From positions 2,800,886 through 2,864,885 of the forward strand of contig NC_068989.1 of the NCBI RefSeq assembly GCF_001194135.2: DNA of 64,000 nt, in the 5' to 3' direction. Source of the DNA: Octopus bimaculoides (Eukaryota). Both the position numbers and the translations under genes were made by a program. Shown here piece by piece: positions 38,081 through 52,169 of this stretch (position 1 is the first letter of the stretch; every line of letters starts with the position of its first letter). The notes beneath the pieces are model-generated. The model ran no database searches. It saw nothing but the letters and a program-made list of their open reading frames with translations, and was not told the origin of the DNA.

Positions 38081-41017
38081 GATTTCTTACTGCAGATAAC
38101 TGGAAGAGTCCAACTGAGAGAGTAAGAAGGGGAAGCATAGCAAGAGCCAATACAGGCTTGAGCTATTGTCCTTAACTGAACAGAAAAATGTACTTAAAAG
38201 ATTCAGAGGGGGATGGTTAGAATGTTAGTTTCTAAAGAATGATAAGCACCGAAGAATATGAGAACCGAGTTAAATAACTAGAAACAATAATATGAAGTTG
38301 GAAAACAAAATCAGAATACAAGACCACACTAATAACTGTAATGATTAAGATAGCAATAAAATGTGATGTGAAAAACTCATATTATGATGAAAGAGTTACC
38401 ACACATGCATCTTTACTGATAAATATATTCTTGAAGTGTCTCAACATTAAAAAAAAAATTAAGATTCATACTTTGTAAAAAAAAACAATTTATATTTAAA
38501 TGTTTATAAATTTAATTAAACCTGACATTATCAAGATTTGAAACGCTCTTATGAAGACTAAATGAATGCTGAAATTATTATTAATTTCAAGTAAACAGCC
38601 TAGATCAATCAACTGCCCCCCATATGAAAACCCTGTTAAGTGACAAGCTCTCAATTGTAAAACTAATCAAGAATGATATAAAAATAAAACAACAAAAAAC
38701 TATAATACCACCTTTTCATTGAAAAAAAAGAATGGCATGATTTTGGACTTTATCTGTAACTACTGTAATAAATAGGTCATTTAAAAACAAAAAAAAAGCC
38801 CTTAATGGTATAAATATGGGCCTTGGACAGCCTGCCCCAGCTGTAAGTTTCTTTCTTATGCATGTCTACTTTTAAGGTACCAAAAGTAAAAACCTTTCAT
38901 AAAATATTTCTATATATTTATATGGGTTAGACAACACTTAATATTCCCACATTAATTGCACTAGTGCAGAACAAGAATAATAAGTCAAACCAACAGGGGA
39001 AACTATGTGGTAATCTGAAACAGCAGCCAATAATTTTCATACTGCACCTTGGCATTAAAAAAAATGGAAAGACACAATATACATTTAGAGATATCATATC
39101 AAAAGAAGAGGTGGGGGGGGGGACAGCAACCCAGAATGGTCACAACTGGAATGCTGGCCTGGGTCAAAAATAATAAGAACTTTGTCAGGACAGAATATTT
39201 TTCATAATCAAAATGTAGATAAGGTAAAGGGAAGTAACAAGGAAGTGTGTTAAGAGATGAATGTAGCTAGGATAATGAACATGATGGCATCAGTTGGTAT
39301 TGCAGAGAATACCATGCACAGATTAAATGCAGTAAGATTGAGAGTAAATGCTTGGGGGGGAAAAAAAAACCCCACAGGTGACAGTATCTTAGGTGACCTG
39401 GTTCAGTGAATTTCCCAACTGATACTTTTACTTGCCACTGAATAAATATATGTATTTCTAACAGATGCTAGACTTCAACTTATATGGAAGTGAGTATAGT
39501 TAATTAAATCAAGTGCAGTATTTATTTTATCAACCCAGAGCAAAGAAGATCTTAAGATCTGAACTCAATGTAAAGAGATGCAGACATGACTGTGCAGTTA
39601 AGATATCCTCAATCGCATGCAAACCACATGTTCTATATCTTTCCAAGAGATAAATCTCATCTCTTAACTACCGTTCATCTGCTTTACAGGCTACAATTTA
39701 CTCTGAAAGGTGGTGTCCACACACATATAGATCCCCCATGCCCCTAATCCTCTACATACATCTGCTTCCTCTACTTGCCTTCCAAACTCTTCAAACCAAC
39801 AACAGTTCTTCAACTATATCTCTTCCTGTGTTGGGATATATTCTTCAAACCTTTAGCGACTCCAATGTTCACAACTCTTCTGGGCTTTTACTTTCATTAC
39901 AGGCAGATGCTGGTAGTGCTTTGAACAAATCTTTCACCATCCTCCACTTTTGACATCAATTTGTTTCATCTCGCACATGCATCTCTAATTGACATAGAAC
40001 TGTTCCAAACACTTTACATTTCTCTCTCACATCCAAACCCAGCTGAAATACTGAATTCTCAGTCTCTCTACTCATCAGGTTCTCTACCAACTACTATCCT
40101 ACCACACAGCTACATACTCTGAAACCTCACATTTCATGTTAGCAGACTTGTCAGACCCTTGGCCAGTTCTATGCTAACTACTCCTGGCAGTGCATGTGCT
40201 GCATACCTGACCAGCAGACTAAAACCGAAGTCTTAGATATGTTCCTTTACATCCCACAAACAACCAAAACCCCAGAGCCACATCCCCAAGTGATTCACGT
40301 ATGAGTGTACTGTAGTTCTTTCAAAGAACACAGTTTAAAATGTCTGGATGAAATAATCTGCCTCTGCAAACAAGACAGCTTCTACTCAGCACTCCTGGTC
40401 ACTGGGATTGACACTAAACGAGAATATTGTTGAAAAGGTCGATAAAGAGAATGTGTTTATAAGCTCTTTAGTAAAACTCATATCTCCAATGTCATCAAGT
40501 GCAAAAAGCATCAGAAACAGAGAACACTTATTTCGATGTTTCAATGTGTGGGTTACACTGTTGTAATCCAAGATACATCTTGTAATTCCACTTGTAAATC
40601 TCGTATGTATTTACAAACTCCAACTTAACAAATAATGATTGCTGTTACAGGTCTTATGAACACACACACACACATACAAACAATCAGCCTTGTTCTTCTT
40701 TTATCTGCATTATCATCATCAATATCTAATTAGCTTGATTTAGGAAGACTAGAACAAATGTTGCGAGTCAGGTTCCTACTTATTTTTAATAAAAATGTCT
40801 TGGAAACAGATTTTGCTTGACTATTTAATGAAGAGAATGATTTTTTTCTATTCACACAGTGCCTTTTGCTAATATTTCCACAGTGAAATGAAAATAATTT
40901 TAAGAGCATTTAGAATATAAATGTAAAAAAAGAAATGAGTAGAATAAAAATCAAATCAAACTCATAAGTCGCCATGATTGACCGCTAACTCCGAAAGTTT
41001 TTTTTGTTTTATTCTCT

Positions 41018-41148
41018 CTGTGGAAGAGTGTAGGCTTGGAACGTAAAAGACTTTCTCACCTTCCCGAGCATCAAACTAATACACCTGCTTGTTATTTATA
41101 CACCTGTCTTCGTCTTTTGTTTTTCTGTAAATTTCAACTATATATATA
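41018..41148 (+). mobile_element. Short dispersed repeat, possibly a Penelope-like element terminus
   Basis: gaagagtgtaggcttggaacg resembles a degenerate CTGAAGAG-stem-CGAAAC motif; ends in (TA)n. Assignment is from recall. Confidence 0.35.
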
Positions 41149-41670
41149 GGTTCTGGAAGACCTGCAACCAGCAGAACTGGGAAAAACATTGCAGAAATGC
41201 CTGCAGCTGTGAGATGAAATCGTTGAATCACCATACGTGAATTATCAGGGGATGTGCAGATTAGTTACGGTTCGGTTCAGTCCATTGTCACTGGAGACAC
41301 ACCTACCAAATTTGTGCCAAAACTGCTTTCAGCTGACTAAAGACACTTGGGTTTCAGTGCACAAGATCTCCTTGATTGAGTCAAGAATGATGAAAACTTT
41401 ATGAAGGTCTCTGAGCAGGTATCACCAAGCTTTTGGCAAAATTTCATGCAGATTCTCTGCTCAATGTGATGATCACACGCTACACACCTTCCTTCCAAGC
41501 ACTGCTGTAAACAGCAGAAGTGAGCTAGAACGTTAAAACTTAGTGCACATGTACATAGAGCAGAGTTCAAGGTCAATCTGTGCCAAGTGGCTTCACTCTC
41601 TGTGCTTTAGCTTCGTTGCTATAGCAATAGTCCGGATACTTATTGATCAGACCACATATTCATTACAAAT
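41148..41670. mobile_element. mariner transposase relic with internal inversion
   Basis: Minus 41406-41500: HIEQRICMKFCQKLGDTCSET (HTH1). Plus 41148-41406: SGRPATSRT...ITIRELSGDVQISYGSVQSI...KFVPKLL...QDLLD*VKNDENFMK. TIR-like tggtctgatcaataagtatccggact at about 41632-41657 (minus). Confidence 0.8.
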
Positions 41671-42341
41671 TCTTTATGTTTTGAATGTTTTTTAATGAAT
41701 TGTTTTTTTTTTTCATCCCCTTTTCATATTTCACCACCGAATATATTTTGATTCTTCTTATAAATAAGTCGAGCCTTTATGAGGCAAGTAATGCAATATT
41801 GTCATGTCTGTATGATGTTGGTTACGTATTTGATAGTTTAAACAGAATTAAAAAAGTTTCAGTGCACAGTTACTCAACCTGCTAGAAACAGCAGTCAATT
41901 TTTCTGCAAATCACACTCAACAATATTTCATTGTAAGATTCTTGGTATAAATTCTTGTTAAAACAGATTTTGTTAAGTCTTGGGAGAGTCATGATGCCAC
42001 AGTCGATTAATTAGTTGATTAAATATTTAACCAACTGACTAATAATAAAGAAATGGAATTGGATCCCAATTGAACCGGTGTTATAATTGGCGTAATGATT
42101 CTCCCAAGACACAACACTCAACAATCTCTAATTATGAAAGGACACACTGAACAATATAGTCTGATATATGTACAAAAACAAGATAATAAATCGTATAAGC
42201 CGGGGGAAAATCATCTAGAGGGTAGCATTCCTTCCAGATTTCTTCAAAAATTCTCAAATTAAAAATAAATAGAAGAGTAGAAATAATTCAAATATTTCTT
42301 TTTTTTTTTTTTTAAATAATAATGTTAATTTAATTACTTAC

Positions 42342-42384
42342 CACAATCACCTAAATCCATTCGTTCAAAATCTTCACTGAATCT
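42342..42384 (-). CDS. PRKAG: AMPK gamma exon RFSEDFERMDLGDC(D); phase 0 in, phase 1 out
   Basis: 43 nt; acceptor ttttttttaattatag, donor TGTG|gtaagt. Resembles the acidic linker before CBS1 in other gamma subunits (PRKAG2 LEKLEFEDE-like), and its phase fits exon 20456-20559. Confidence 0.8.
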
Positions 42385-45300
42385 CTATAATTAAAAAAAA
42401 TATATCAATGTTAAAAGCTATTTTACAAAATTTATTATACTATCATCAATAATTCCAAATCTGGGAAGAGATATAAAATTCCTTAGCAGCTGTGAAAAAA
42501 TATACAATGCAAAAAGGAGGTGGGGGCACACACCAATATTCCAACACCACAGACACAAAATATTGTCGTAAATAACTCAGAGAACAATTTATTACCACAG
42601 TCACAGCAGAAGCTGTTTCAACTATCTTTACCCTAAGAGCACTAATGAAAGCCCACAAATGAAAAAAAAACATTTGAGACAATTCTTTGGTATATTATAA
42701 ATTAGATATATTATAGAGTTGTCACTTGACAAGTTGTAGAAACATTAATATGTATAGCGACCTTATGGAAACGACAATTTAGTTTTACCGTTTTGTTACG
42801 TGTCATTTTAACCCTTTCACTGCAACATTAAAATCCCATAGTTATTCCAGTAATTATCCTCATCATTATTTAACATCCATTTTCCATGCTGGTATGGGTT
42901 GGATGGTTTGACAGGAACTGACAAGGCCAGGAGCCACATCAGGTCCCATTGTCTGTTTTGTTATGGTTTCTACAGATTGATACCCTTCCTAATGCTAACT
43001 CCTTTACAGTGTGTACTGGATGCTTTTTATGTGGCACCAGCACTGACAAGGTCACCAAGTGCCTTGCAAGACAAAAACCCCCTCAACTGGGAAGGGGGAG
43101 TAGTATTCAGTGGGTGCCACTTTGTGCCAGTTGAGAGATTTGAGATATAGAAGTGACAGATATATCTTGCTGTAGAGTAGACACATGGAACACCTCAGGG
43201 ACACTGGGGGAAGTGAGAATAGGTGAGGTGATACAAAGGGTTGGGCTGGATGAGTGAGCAGGACAAGGTGACTATAGTAAATGATGGAGGGAAATGTAAG
43301 AGAAGTCTGTGGATTAAATATCTACCAAAAATATAATTGGTATTTTCTGCAAGTCACATTGCCTCAATAAACTTGACATCACAACAGAAAATAGTTTCAA
43401 ACATGATATTCCTAAAAAAAGAGATAAAGTGGTATATGAAGCTGCATTCTGTAGTTAAAAATAAGGACATTTTGAGAGGATATATTGTTTTTTTATAGTA
43501 AAAGGGTAACCAATTAGAAATAAGTAAATCTATCAGCTATTTTTTGGTGGACCATTTTGCACTATTGTCAGGTGTATTATTTTAGCCATTCAAGACATTG
43601 CTGACAGACAGCTTGTTTGTAAGCCAGTTAAGAACATGATTGTCTCATCCTCTCTCAGCTGTTGTTAATAGCTGTGGCAATCTCTTTTCACTCTGTTTCT
43701 GTAGCTCAGGTAGTACAACCTCAATAGAATAACTTCTAAGTTTAAAAACACATCTATTTTTCCTTTCTAAAGCTGCCCATTTTCTGATTGCATACGTGTG
43801 ACTCTACAACACATGATTCTACTGACATGAACATTTTTTAAGATGCATTTTATTGACTTTGTGAAAAATGGAAACAAATGTGCACATTTTCTGCAATACT
43901 TTTCCTACAACACATTTTACCCAACTGACTACATTATATATGTATGTTCTTCCAAACATTCATGTAAACTGTCTTAATCTTGTAAATTCAGATTATAGAT
44001 TCCGTTTCCATTTAATCAGGTAGTTAAATCGGATTTTATAAAAGATATCAGTTTTGATCCTTTTTAAAGGAGTCAAGCCATTATTTTAAATTTATTCTAT
44101 TTGAGAGTCTAATTAAAGCATTACATAATCATCTGATTTTACTGATTAACAAATAATCAATCTACATTTTAATATCTCTTAAAATTGTTAATTTTCTGGA
44201 ATTCCATTTTGTTTCTTTGTCTTCAATCTTTAGAAACTAGTTTCCAGGGCTTTAGTAATAATAAAGGCGACCTTAAGTACTTGGTTTTGTACTTATTTTA
44301 TTGATTTTGAAATGACCTTGAAAGAGGACAAAAGGTCAAGGCAACCAAGTATAAAGGGAAATAACACAGACTGCTATAGTGTATTTTCATTTTATGTCAA
44401 TTTTTTTTTTTTTTTTTTNNNNNNNNNNGACACTATGGATGTGTGTGCATGCACATACAAACACACACACACACACACAATTTTATATTCAGGGCAGATA
44501 TGGCTGCATGGTTAAGCTGATTTTGAAACTGTGCCGTTTGGGTTCAGTCCCACTGTGTAACATCTTGGACAAGTGTCGTCTACTACAGCTACTACTACAA
44601 TAACAGCCTTAGGCTAACCAATGCTTGCTAAGTGAAATCTGATAGAAAGAAATTGTGCTGAATCTCATTGCAAACATGCATCTGTATGGTGTATGGGTAT
44701 GTAGCTGACAATATTTGTCTTTACATTGACACTGTTTAAAAACAGGTGCTCTCTCTGTCCCATATCTTAAACTACAGAATCATTGCACAAGTGGCAGATT
44801 AGATAAATTAATATATAAATACCTAGATTTGCTTTCACATCGATAAATTATTGTCATTAATGATAATGTAGAACAGTGTTTTGAATAACAGTATACAAAA
44901 TACTTATATTTTAAAGGATAAACAGAAAAAAAAATGTGTGTGCAATAAAACAGAGCTATATAATAAACTATATATTTATATGTCAATGCTTTCCAATAAA
45001 ATCTGGAGCCTGCCTTAAAAAACAAAAAAGAAAAAAGTGTCCCCAAATCCAGGTTTCCCTGCTTACCATGCTACCATTTCTATCCATACCCATCACTGAA
45101 TGCTTTAAAATTTATAAAGTGCTTCCTTGGCAGTGAACACTACAAGTAACACCTTTGTGCCTATACAAGCTCAACACTCCAATCCCTATATACACATACA
45201 TGGGGTTACTACACTCATGCATTCACACACATGTAAGACACCTGTTCCTTTGTATGCATGCATACATGTGGTGGTGGATCTTAGTAGTTTCGTCAATTAA

Positions 45301-46480
45301 ATTACCATGCTCCTATATTAATGTGCAAGTGACTAATTATTCCACCAACAGGCTAACCTCCAATGTAATTCCCAGACAGAATCAACATGACAGTGTGTGA
45401 CAAGGTTCTATCTTGTCACACACTAAGTACAATCCACCAAATGGGCTTCTATACCAAATTTCAGTTACAAGTCCTGCTTCTCTTCAGTTCAAAGATTTGA
45501 GCAAATTCAACTCCAACAATGGTACCAACTTTGTGCAAGCATGAAGCATGCTGGCAAAATGCTGCTCTTCTAAATGGAAACCTTACCTGTCATAATAGAT
45601 CTGCAGCATGACGCAAAGCAGGCCTTGCCATCCACTCAAGAAAACACATAGTAAATGCTTCACAAGCACTAGAGCAAACTGATTCCTCAACTTGTTCCCT
45701 TTGCCAAAAGGTTTACAAGGCACCAGCAGGCCTCAAGAGATGCATTTGTGTCCATAGAACATGATTAACACTTTATTTTACTGAATCTTCATTTGTTGTT
45801 TATGATGCAAAAATCCATCATGCATATGTGCGTGTGTCTTTAGTAGAAATGGATGCACGTTTTCTTTTAAAGCTTTTTCTCAGATCAATTCAAACAATTT
45901 TTTTCATCAATCTATATGTAGCCTTATTACATTATCAGTTTAAATTTGAACTATTAAAACTTCACTTTTGAAGTAGCATTGTTGTATTTTGTAGATGTTA
46001 AATTTTTAAAAAATATATCTACATCACTCAATATTTTTTTTCCTTTTCAATCTAAGTATACATCTTGTTTGATTAATTTTTTTCTCTACCAGCAAATTAA
46101 TATCTGAAAGTGTTAATTCTCCACTTAATACTTCTCAACACTTGATTACATTTCAAATGAAGTAGTTATCACTGCTATGTCAGTCTTTTTAACACCATAC
46201 CATTCACCAGTAATAAGAGCTTATTACTTCCAGCTCCATTTAAATTGACTGGTTTGAAAGTCATATAGAGTCAAACTCAATAATTATGCTTACAAGGAAA
46301 AAGAAAAGAAAAGAAAAAAAGAAAAAGAAAGAGAAAAAAGCAGCAAAATTGTTTCATTCAATTACAGATTAGATATTATAAATAACAGCAATCTTCTTTC
46401 TTTACTTGACCAATAAATCTGCTGAAACATTTGGTATTTTATTGCTACAGTGGATATTGCTGTTAATGTGCATTAATTGA

Positions 46481-46520
<40 letters not shown>

Positions 46521-46842
46521 AACTTAGCAACTTAAAACCATCAAAGTATATTTCTAGGATAGAAATTCTGATACTGATGGGTTTCTAAGTCATCATACTT
46601 ATTTTCCAAGTATTTTTGGTACATATCTGTGTACTACATTTAAATATGTCCATTTGGAGAAGATTTGAGTAAATATGAAAGCAAAATGCATCATCTTGGA
46701 CATGGACATTGAAGCAACTACAGTTTCCATCAAGAGCTGGAAAATAAGTGAAATGGGATACAAACTAAAGAGTGGGGGAATTAAAAGCCTAATACTTTAT
46801 CCGTTAGATTCCTTTATTGTTTATTTTGAATATTTTAATTAG

Positions 46843-47945
46843 CTCAGCCCCCTCCTGTTTACCTTAGTCCTTCAGGCCTTAAAAGAGGAATTCAAGACCG
46901 GCTGTCTTTGGGAGCTCTTCTATGCTGATTACCTTGTTCTTGTAGCTGAATCACTACCTGACCCAGAGAAACATTTTCAGGTGTGGTAACAAGGTGTGGA
47001 ATCTAAGGGCCTTAGGGTTAATTTAGCAAAAACCAAAGTCCTAGTAAGTAGGAAAACAGACAAATCACAGAGATGGCCCTGTTTGAGATGTAAGAAGGGC
47101 ATTGGTAGGACTGTCATATGTTGTACCCAGTGCAAGTTTTGGACACATAAGAGGTGCAGTGGTATCAAAGTGTGGCAAATGTGCTGGTGGAATAAGCACT
47201 AAAAACACAGACATTAGGCTCACTCAAATGCTTGGGTGGATCATGAGAAGTAGTAGATAGCTTGTTACCTAGGAGACCAAGTTAGCAGTGGGGGAGAGAG
47301 TTCTGAAAATGTAGTTGCTAGGATAAAAATAGGCTGGGCAAAGTTCAGAGAGTTTCTACCTTTGTTGGTAACTAAGGGCCTCTCCCTCAGAGTGAAAGGT
47401 AGATTATATGATGCCTGTGACTACAGAGGATTTGCAAAGGCTTGAAAGAAATGAAGGTAGTATGCTCCACTGGGTGGGTAATGTCAGTTTGCATGCATGA
47501 CCAAGTGTAAATGATTTAAGAAGAAAACTGAGAATAAACAACAGTGTTGAGAAGACAACACTGGTGTGGTCATGTGATGCGTATGAATGAGGACAGCAGC
47601 ATAAAGAAGTGCTGAGCTCTAATTGCTGAGGATACTTGGAGAAGAGGTAGATCCAGGAAGACGTGGGACAAAGTGGTGAGAAAGGATCTTTGGATGTTGA
47701 GCCTCATTGAGGATATGACAAGGGACCGGGAGTTGTGGCGATTTGCTGTACTTGATATGATAAATCAAGTAAGTAAAAACCGCCGTCTTCCACACATACA
47801 GGTTGGTCTTTTCAGGTGCTGGTGCCACTTAAAAGGCACACATGCCAGTGCTGTGTTAATGCACCTATGCTGCATAAAAAGCAGCCAGCACACATTGTTA
47901 ATGCCAGCATGGAAAGCGGATGTTAAATGACGATGATGATGATGA
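46843..47945 (+). mobile_element. 5'-truncated RTE-like LINE (RT C-terminal part, Cys/His finger, 3' tail)
   Basis: LSPLLFTLVLQAL...ELFYADYLVL (YADD-derived), ESKGLRVNLAKTKVL, WPCLRCKKGIG...CTQCKFWTHKRCSGIK, KIGWAKFREFLPLL; ends ccagcatggaaagcggatgttaaatgacgatgatgat. Confidence 0.85.
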
Positions 47946-49711
47946 TGAATGAAGACAGTAACTCGCATAACAATAATGCCTTTTGCTAGGAAGGAATTAA
48001 CAGTAAAAAGGAAAAGATTGTGGATATCAGCACAAACATGGCAGTATGGTTCAGAAGTTTGGCTGCAATCAGGGGGTTCCATACCATTGCATAGATGTGG
48101 TCAGCTGGTACACTCAGTTGCAGGCTAACCAATACTTTGTGAGTAAAATTGGAAGATTGTAGTATGGGGTAAGTGAACTCCCTCTTGCAAATCCCTCTTT
48201 TATCAGAGGAGTTTGATCATCTTCACCCTACGTGAAGAAGCTACTCACTATAAGCGTTAACCATTTCTGTTCCCAAACTAACGACATAAAATAGGTTCAA
48301 TTGAAGATGGGCTCAATAACTTCCACCAATTCTGTACATTGTTTATGAAAAGGTGGCTCAGTCATTTAAACATTAAAAAAAAAACCCTAAACATTTGAAG
48401 AAAAGAATACAACTTTACTCATAAAACTAAATAAGCAAAGATTTATTTAGATGTTGCTAACAATCTCCAATAACTACATTCTCTGCTACTAAGAGTTCCT
48501 CACAGGGGTTCATTTTTCCACCGTAAGGGTCAAAATTACTCCAGTCCAGAGCAGTGGCTAAACATTTACAGAGTGCAAATATGTTCTGCACTAGAATAGA
48601 AAATACTGTTAGACAATGGAACACCACACACACAATATCATAGAAAAAGACTAATCAATACTTTCCAAACACTTGTTAATCTATCAGAGAGACCTGTTCT
48701 ACAATGAATTGTAGTAGCTACAATAAATTCTGTTTCCATAAACCTGCGAACAATGCTACATTCACCAACCAGATGCATTTGTTAAACATCTAATAACCTG
48801 CCTTAATCTAATAAGAGATTAAGGCAATAAACCGGAAGAACCATTAGTATGCTGGATAAGATACTTAGCAGCATTTGTTCTGGTTTTATGTTCTGAGGAA
48901 AAATTCCACTAAGGCCAACCTTGCCTTTCATTTGTGTGAGGTTGATAGAATAAGTACCAGTTGATCACTAGGGTTGATATAACTGACTTTCTCTCCCTCA
49001 TTAAAAATTGCTGGCCTTGTTCCAAAATTTGAAATCTAATAAAAGGTTAAACCATACCAAATTAAGGGACTTGGAAGTGTGTGTGTGTGTGTGTGTGAGA
49101 AATGAATGAAAAATGGTTATACTTAACAGAAATATGATCTTTTTAATTATGAAACTGGTAAAGTAAGATATCATTGGAAATCAAGTACAATCTTAACATC
49201 CATTGAAATTCCTTTAAATACCAAATACAGAATTATTGGCTGAACAAGAACTGAGTAGGGAGTTATTTTATACAGAAGGGATTCTATTGTTGAATAAAAG
49301 ATTTTGGCACACAATGAATGTCCAACAGCAGGGTTTTTAATTTTACTATTTTTATTTAATTTATTTCAATATTATCAGTTTCAATCACTGAACTGCAGAC
49401 TATGCAAGAGTACCACCATTAAACTGTTTTACTTGGCTATTTTGCCTGTCATATTTTGTTTGATACTTAGTCGATCTTCTTATTAAGGAAAAAGACAATG
49501 TGGAACAGGTGTGAAAAGATGTGACAGAGACAGAACCAAATACCACAGGTATTTTTCTTAAACATAGATATTGCTGCCCCAGGGTGATGTATGTATCTGC
49601 AATTGCTGTGCATAGCTTGTCTGCCAAATCTCACTTGCAAGAGTTTGGTAAAACTGAGGCTGTGATAAAAGACATCCATACTACTATACAATGGAATCAA
49701 TCTTAACTCTC

Positions 49712-49934
49712 TTAACTCTTTCGTTACCAGCCTGGCTGAAACTGGCTCTGAGTACAAATGTCTTGTTTTCATAAGTTTTGAATTAAAATCTTCCAGCAAA
49801 CCTTAGTCACAATTTATGTTCCTAACACTAGCTGAATGATAACTAAGTTATTTTATTAAATTCTTTGTTATATTTAGAATTAATTGAAAGAAACACAGAG
49901 CATCTCAAAATAAGTGCAGTAACGAAAGGGTTAA
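49712..49934. mobile_element. piggyBac-like MITE
   Basis: TTAA|ctctttcgttac ... gtaacgaaaggg|TTAA. Confidence 0.8.
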
Positions 49935-50964
49935 GCAACATGACCGGGGGGGGGGGGTCTTATTATCAGAGTACTGTGCCAATTAGAAAATGGTACAAAC
50001 GCTGTGTAAAGTGACGAGTTATGGATAATGATGTAAGTTCATAGCAAAGGAAAGTTGTTAACAAAAATATTCTCCCTGTATAAAAACATCTATAAAAACC
50101 TGTAAAACCAGCTCTAAAATCTATATATGTAAAAACCATGTGTTATTGATTTGGATGTTATCATAGCAATATCTCACTCTACATACTGAAAATTAAGAAT
50201 GAACAAAATGTGCCAAAATAATAATAATAATGAAAAAAAGAAAAGAAAAAAAAAGATCAAATGCGATAACATTAATTTGAGAAAGATGAAGTTCAGATAA
50301 TCTAAATATTGGATTGAAACATAAAAGCCATAACGGCTTTTATGAACACAAAAGAAATTACTACTTGGTGTATTATTGAGAAATAATGGGAAAGTGTGAA
50401 GAATAAGATTAATCTTATTTTAAATTTAGTTATGAATGAAGTAAGTCGCATTATATCATAAAAATCACCGAAATTACAATACATTTCTCTCACATAGAAT
50501 TAGTAGTGTAACACTTGATAGTGGTAAATTATTAAGAAAAGAAGTAAATTTTAGAAAAAAAATCAAGGTTATCAGAGTTTTGAAGGCATAAATGTAAGAA
50601 ACGCATTTACTTTAGCTCTTGAGTCAATGTGGCTAATCATTTATTGATGGATACCAGTAATTAGAAATAAACACAGAGAAAATATATGTAATCTTTGTGA
50701 AACAAATTTTCCTGATCAAGTGCTATACTATTCTACATTTTGAATATAGCCAGTATTGAACACAAATTTGTATGCATTTTGTCAGCATTTAGCAAATATA
50801 GATTTGCATTGAAAAATTGTCATTTTGAATTATATATACGTAATAATCTGCAACAATTAAAATTTATCACTACCTATATAAATATATCTATTGCATCCAT
50901 TTCTTCTTGGTACTTGAATTTCTGTTCATGTAAACACTGAGTAAAATACATTTTACTAGAGTTT

Positions 50965-51145
50965 GAGGTAAATGGACAGCGAAAGCAGGGTGGACCGAGG
51001 AAAATGTGGAAGAGGAGATTGGGAGGGTTGGCTTGAGAAGGCAGGACGCCCAAAACTGGGCGAGATTGTGTGAGGGCGGTTGCTATGGCATTGAGATAAA
51101 TCTGGCTACCGCTGTTAACAGGGACAAAACCTGGATTTAAAATGA
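50965..51145 (+). mobile_element. RTE-like LINE 3'-end fragment
   Basis: Degenerate GxRKxGxPRKxW...VGLRRQDAQN peptide followed by a short tail. Confidence 0.5.
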
Positions 51146-52169
51146 TGGATTAAACACTATTTGCTGCTTTGCTCAGTGGCATAACTTAAATGTTGAAACT
51201 GTAAGGTTTGAACTAATGACCATGCAAACTGTAACCCATCATCTTAACTTCAATACAATCCATGCAGATAGATTTTGTTGTTTTTTTTTCATGTCTAGAA
51301 ACCTCAGAACACATCACAGTAGAAAGTAATATTTAATAAATCAGTTTCTAATATTTCTGTAACTTGGCCATAAATGTCAGCATTGGCTTTGAGACCCTTT
51401 ATATTTATTATTTGTTTTTTTAGCATAAAACATCGATTAAAAAATTAGAAGTTTTTAATTACTTGCATTAATTACTGTACTAATAAATACTACTAGTATA
51501 TTAAATTTTTCCATGTGCATTAAAATACGATGAATTCAAGTTCAGTAACTATTACTGAAAATAATACAGAAAATAACTGGAGTTAATCAAATCACAAACA
51601 ATTTCTTTTTTATAGTCCTTAAGAAAGACATTCAAATATCTATATACGTAATACAGAAACTTCCCTTTAATGTAGAATATCTTGATAAACATACAGCTAT
51701 ATCCAAGGTAACATACCAAAAAATGGCCAGCATGGAGTGTCTCACAACATATTCTGATCTCTGGCCCACAGACGTGTTGCTTCTTCTCACTACCTTTCCT
51801 AAATGACCCTCCCGTTTCACAGAGTTGGTAGGTTTAGCTCCACTTCCAACCAAGCCTACTTCACTCATCTCTTGTTTCCATGTTGCATCTACTTGCTTCA
51901 AACCCTGAAGTAACCACTAGTCTCAATCGTTTCCTTTGCCTATCGTCACTTCCCTGGATCTCTCTCCTACCCATGGTTGTTTAAAAAGAACACCAACCAC
52001 ACTGATTTCACTGCCCTGAGAAGGCCTGTGTAGGCAAGACATGTGTAGGTCTTTCTTTCAGATCTCTCTTTCTCTCTCTCTCTCACACACACTAACTTTT
52101 GTTGAAAAAGATTCTTCTGGATAATTAGAGTTAATTAAAATCAAAACGAAGCAGAAATAACTTTCTTAC

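Noticed and set aside
44419-44428. Short N run after a poly-T tract
   Set aside because: Assembly gap, not biology.
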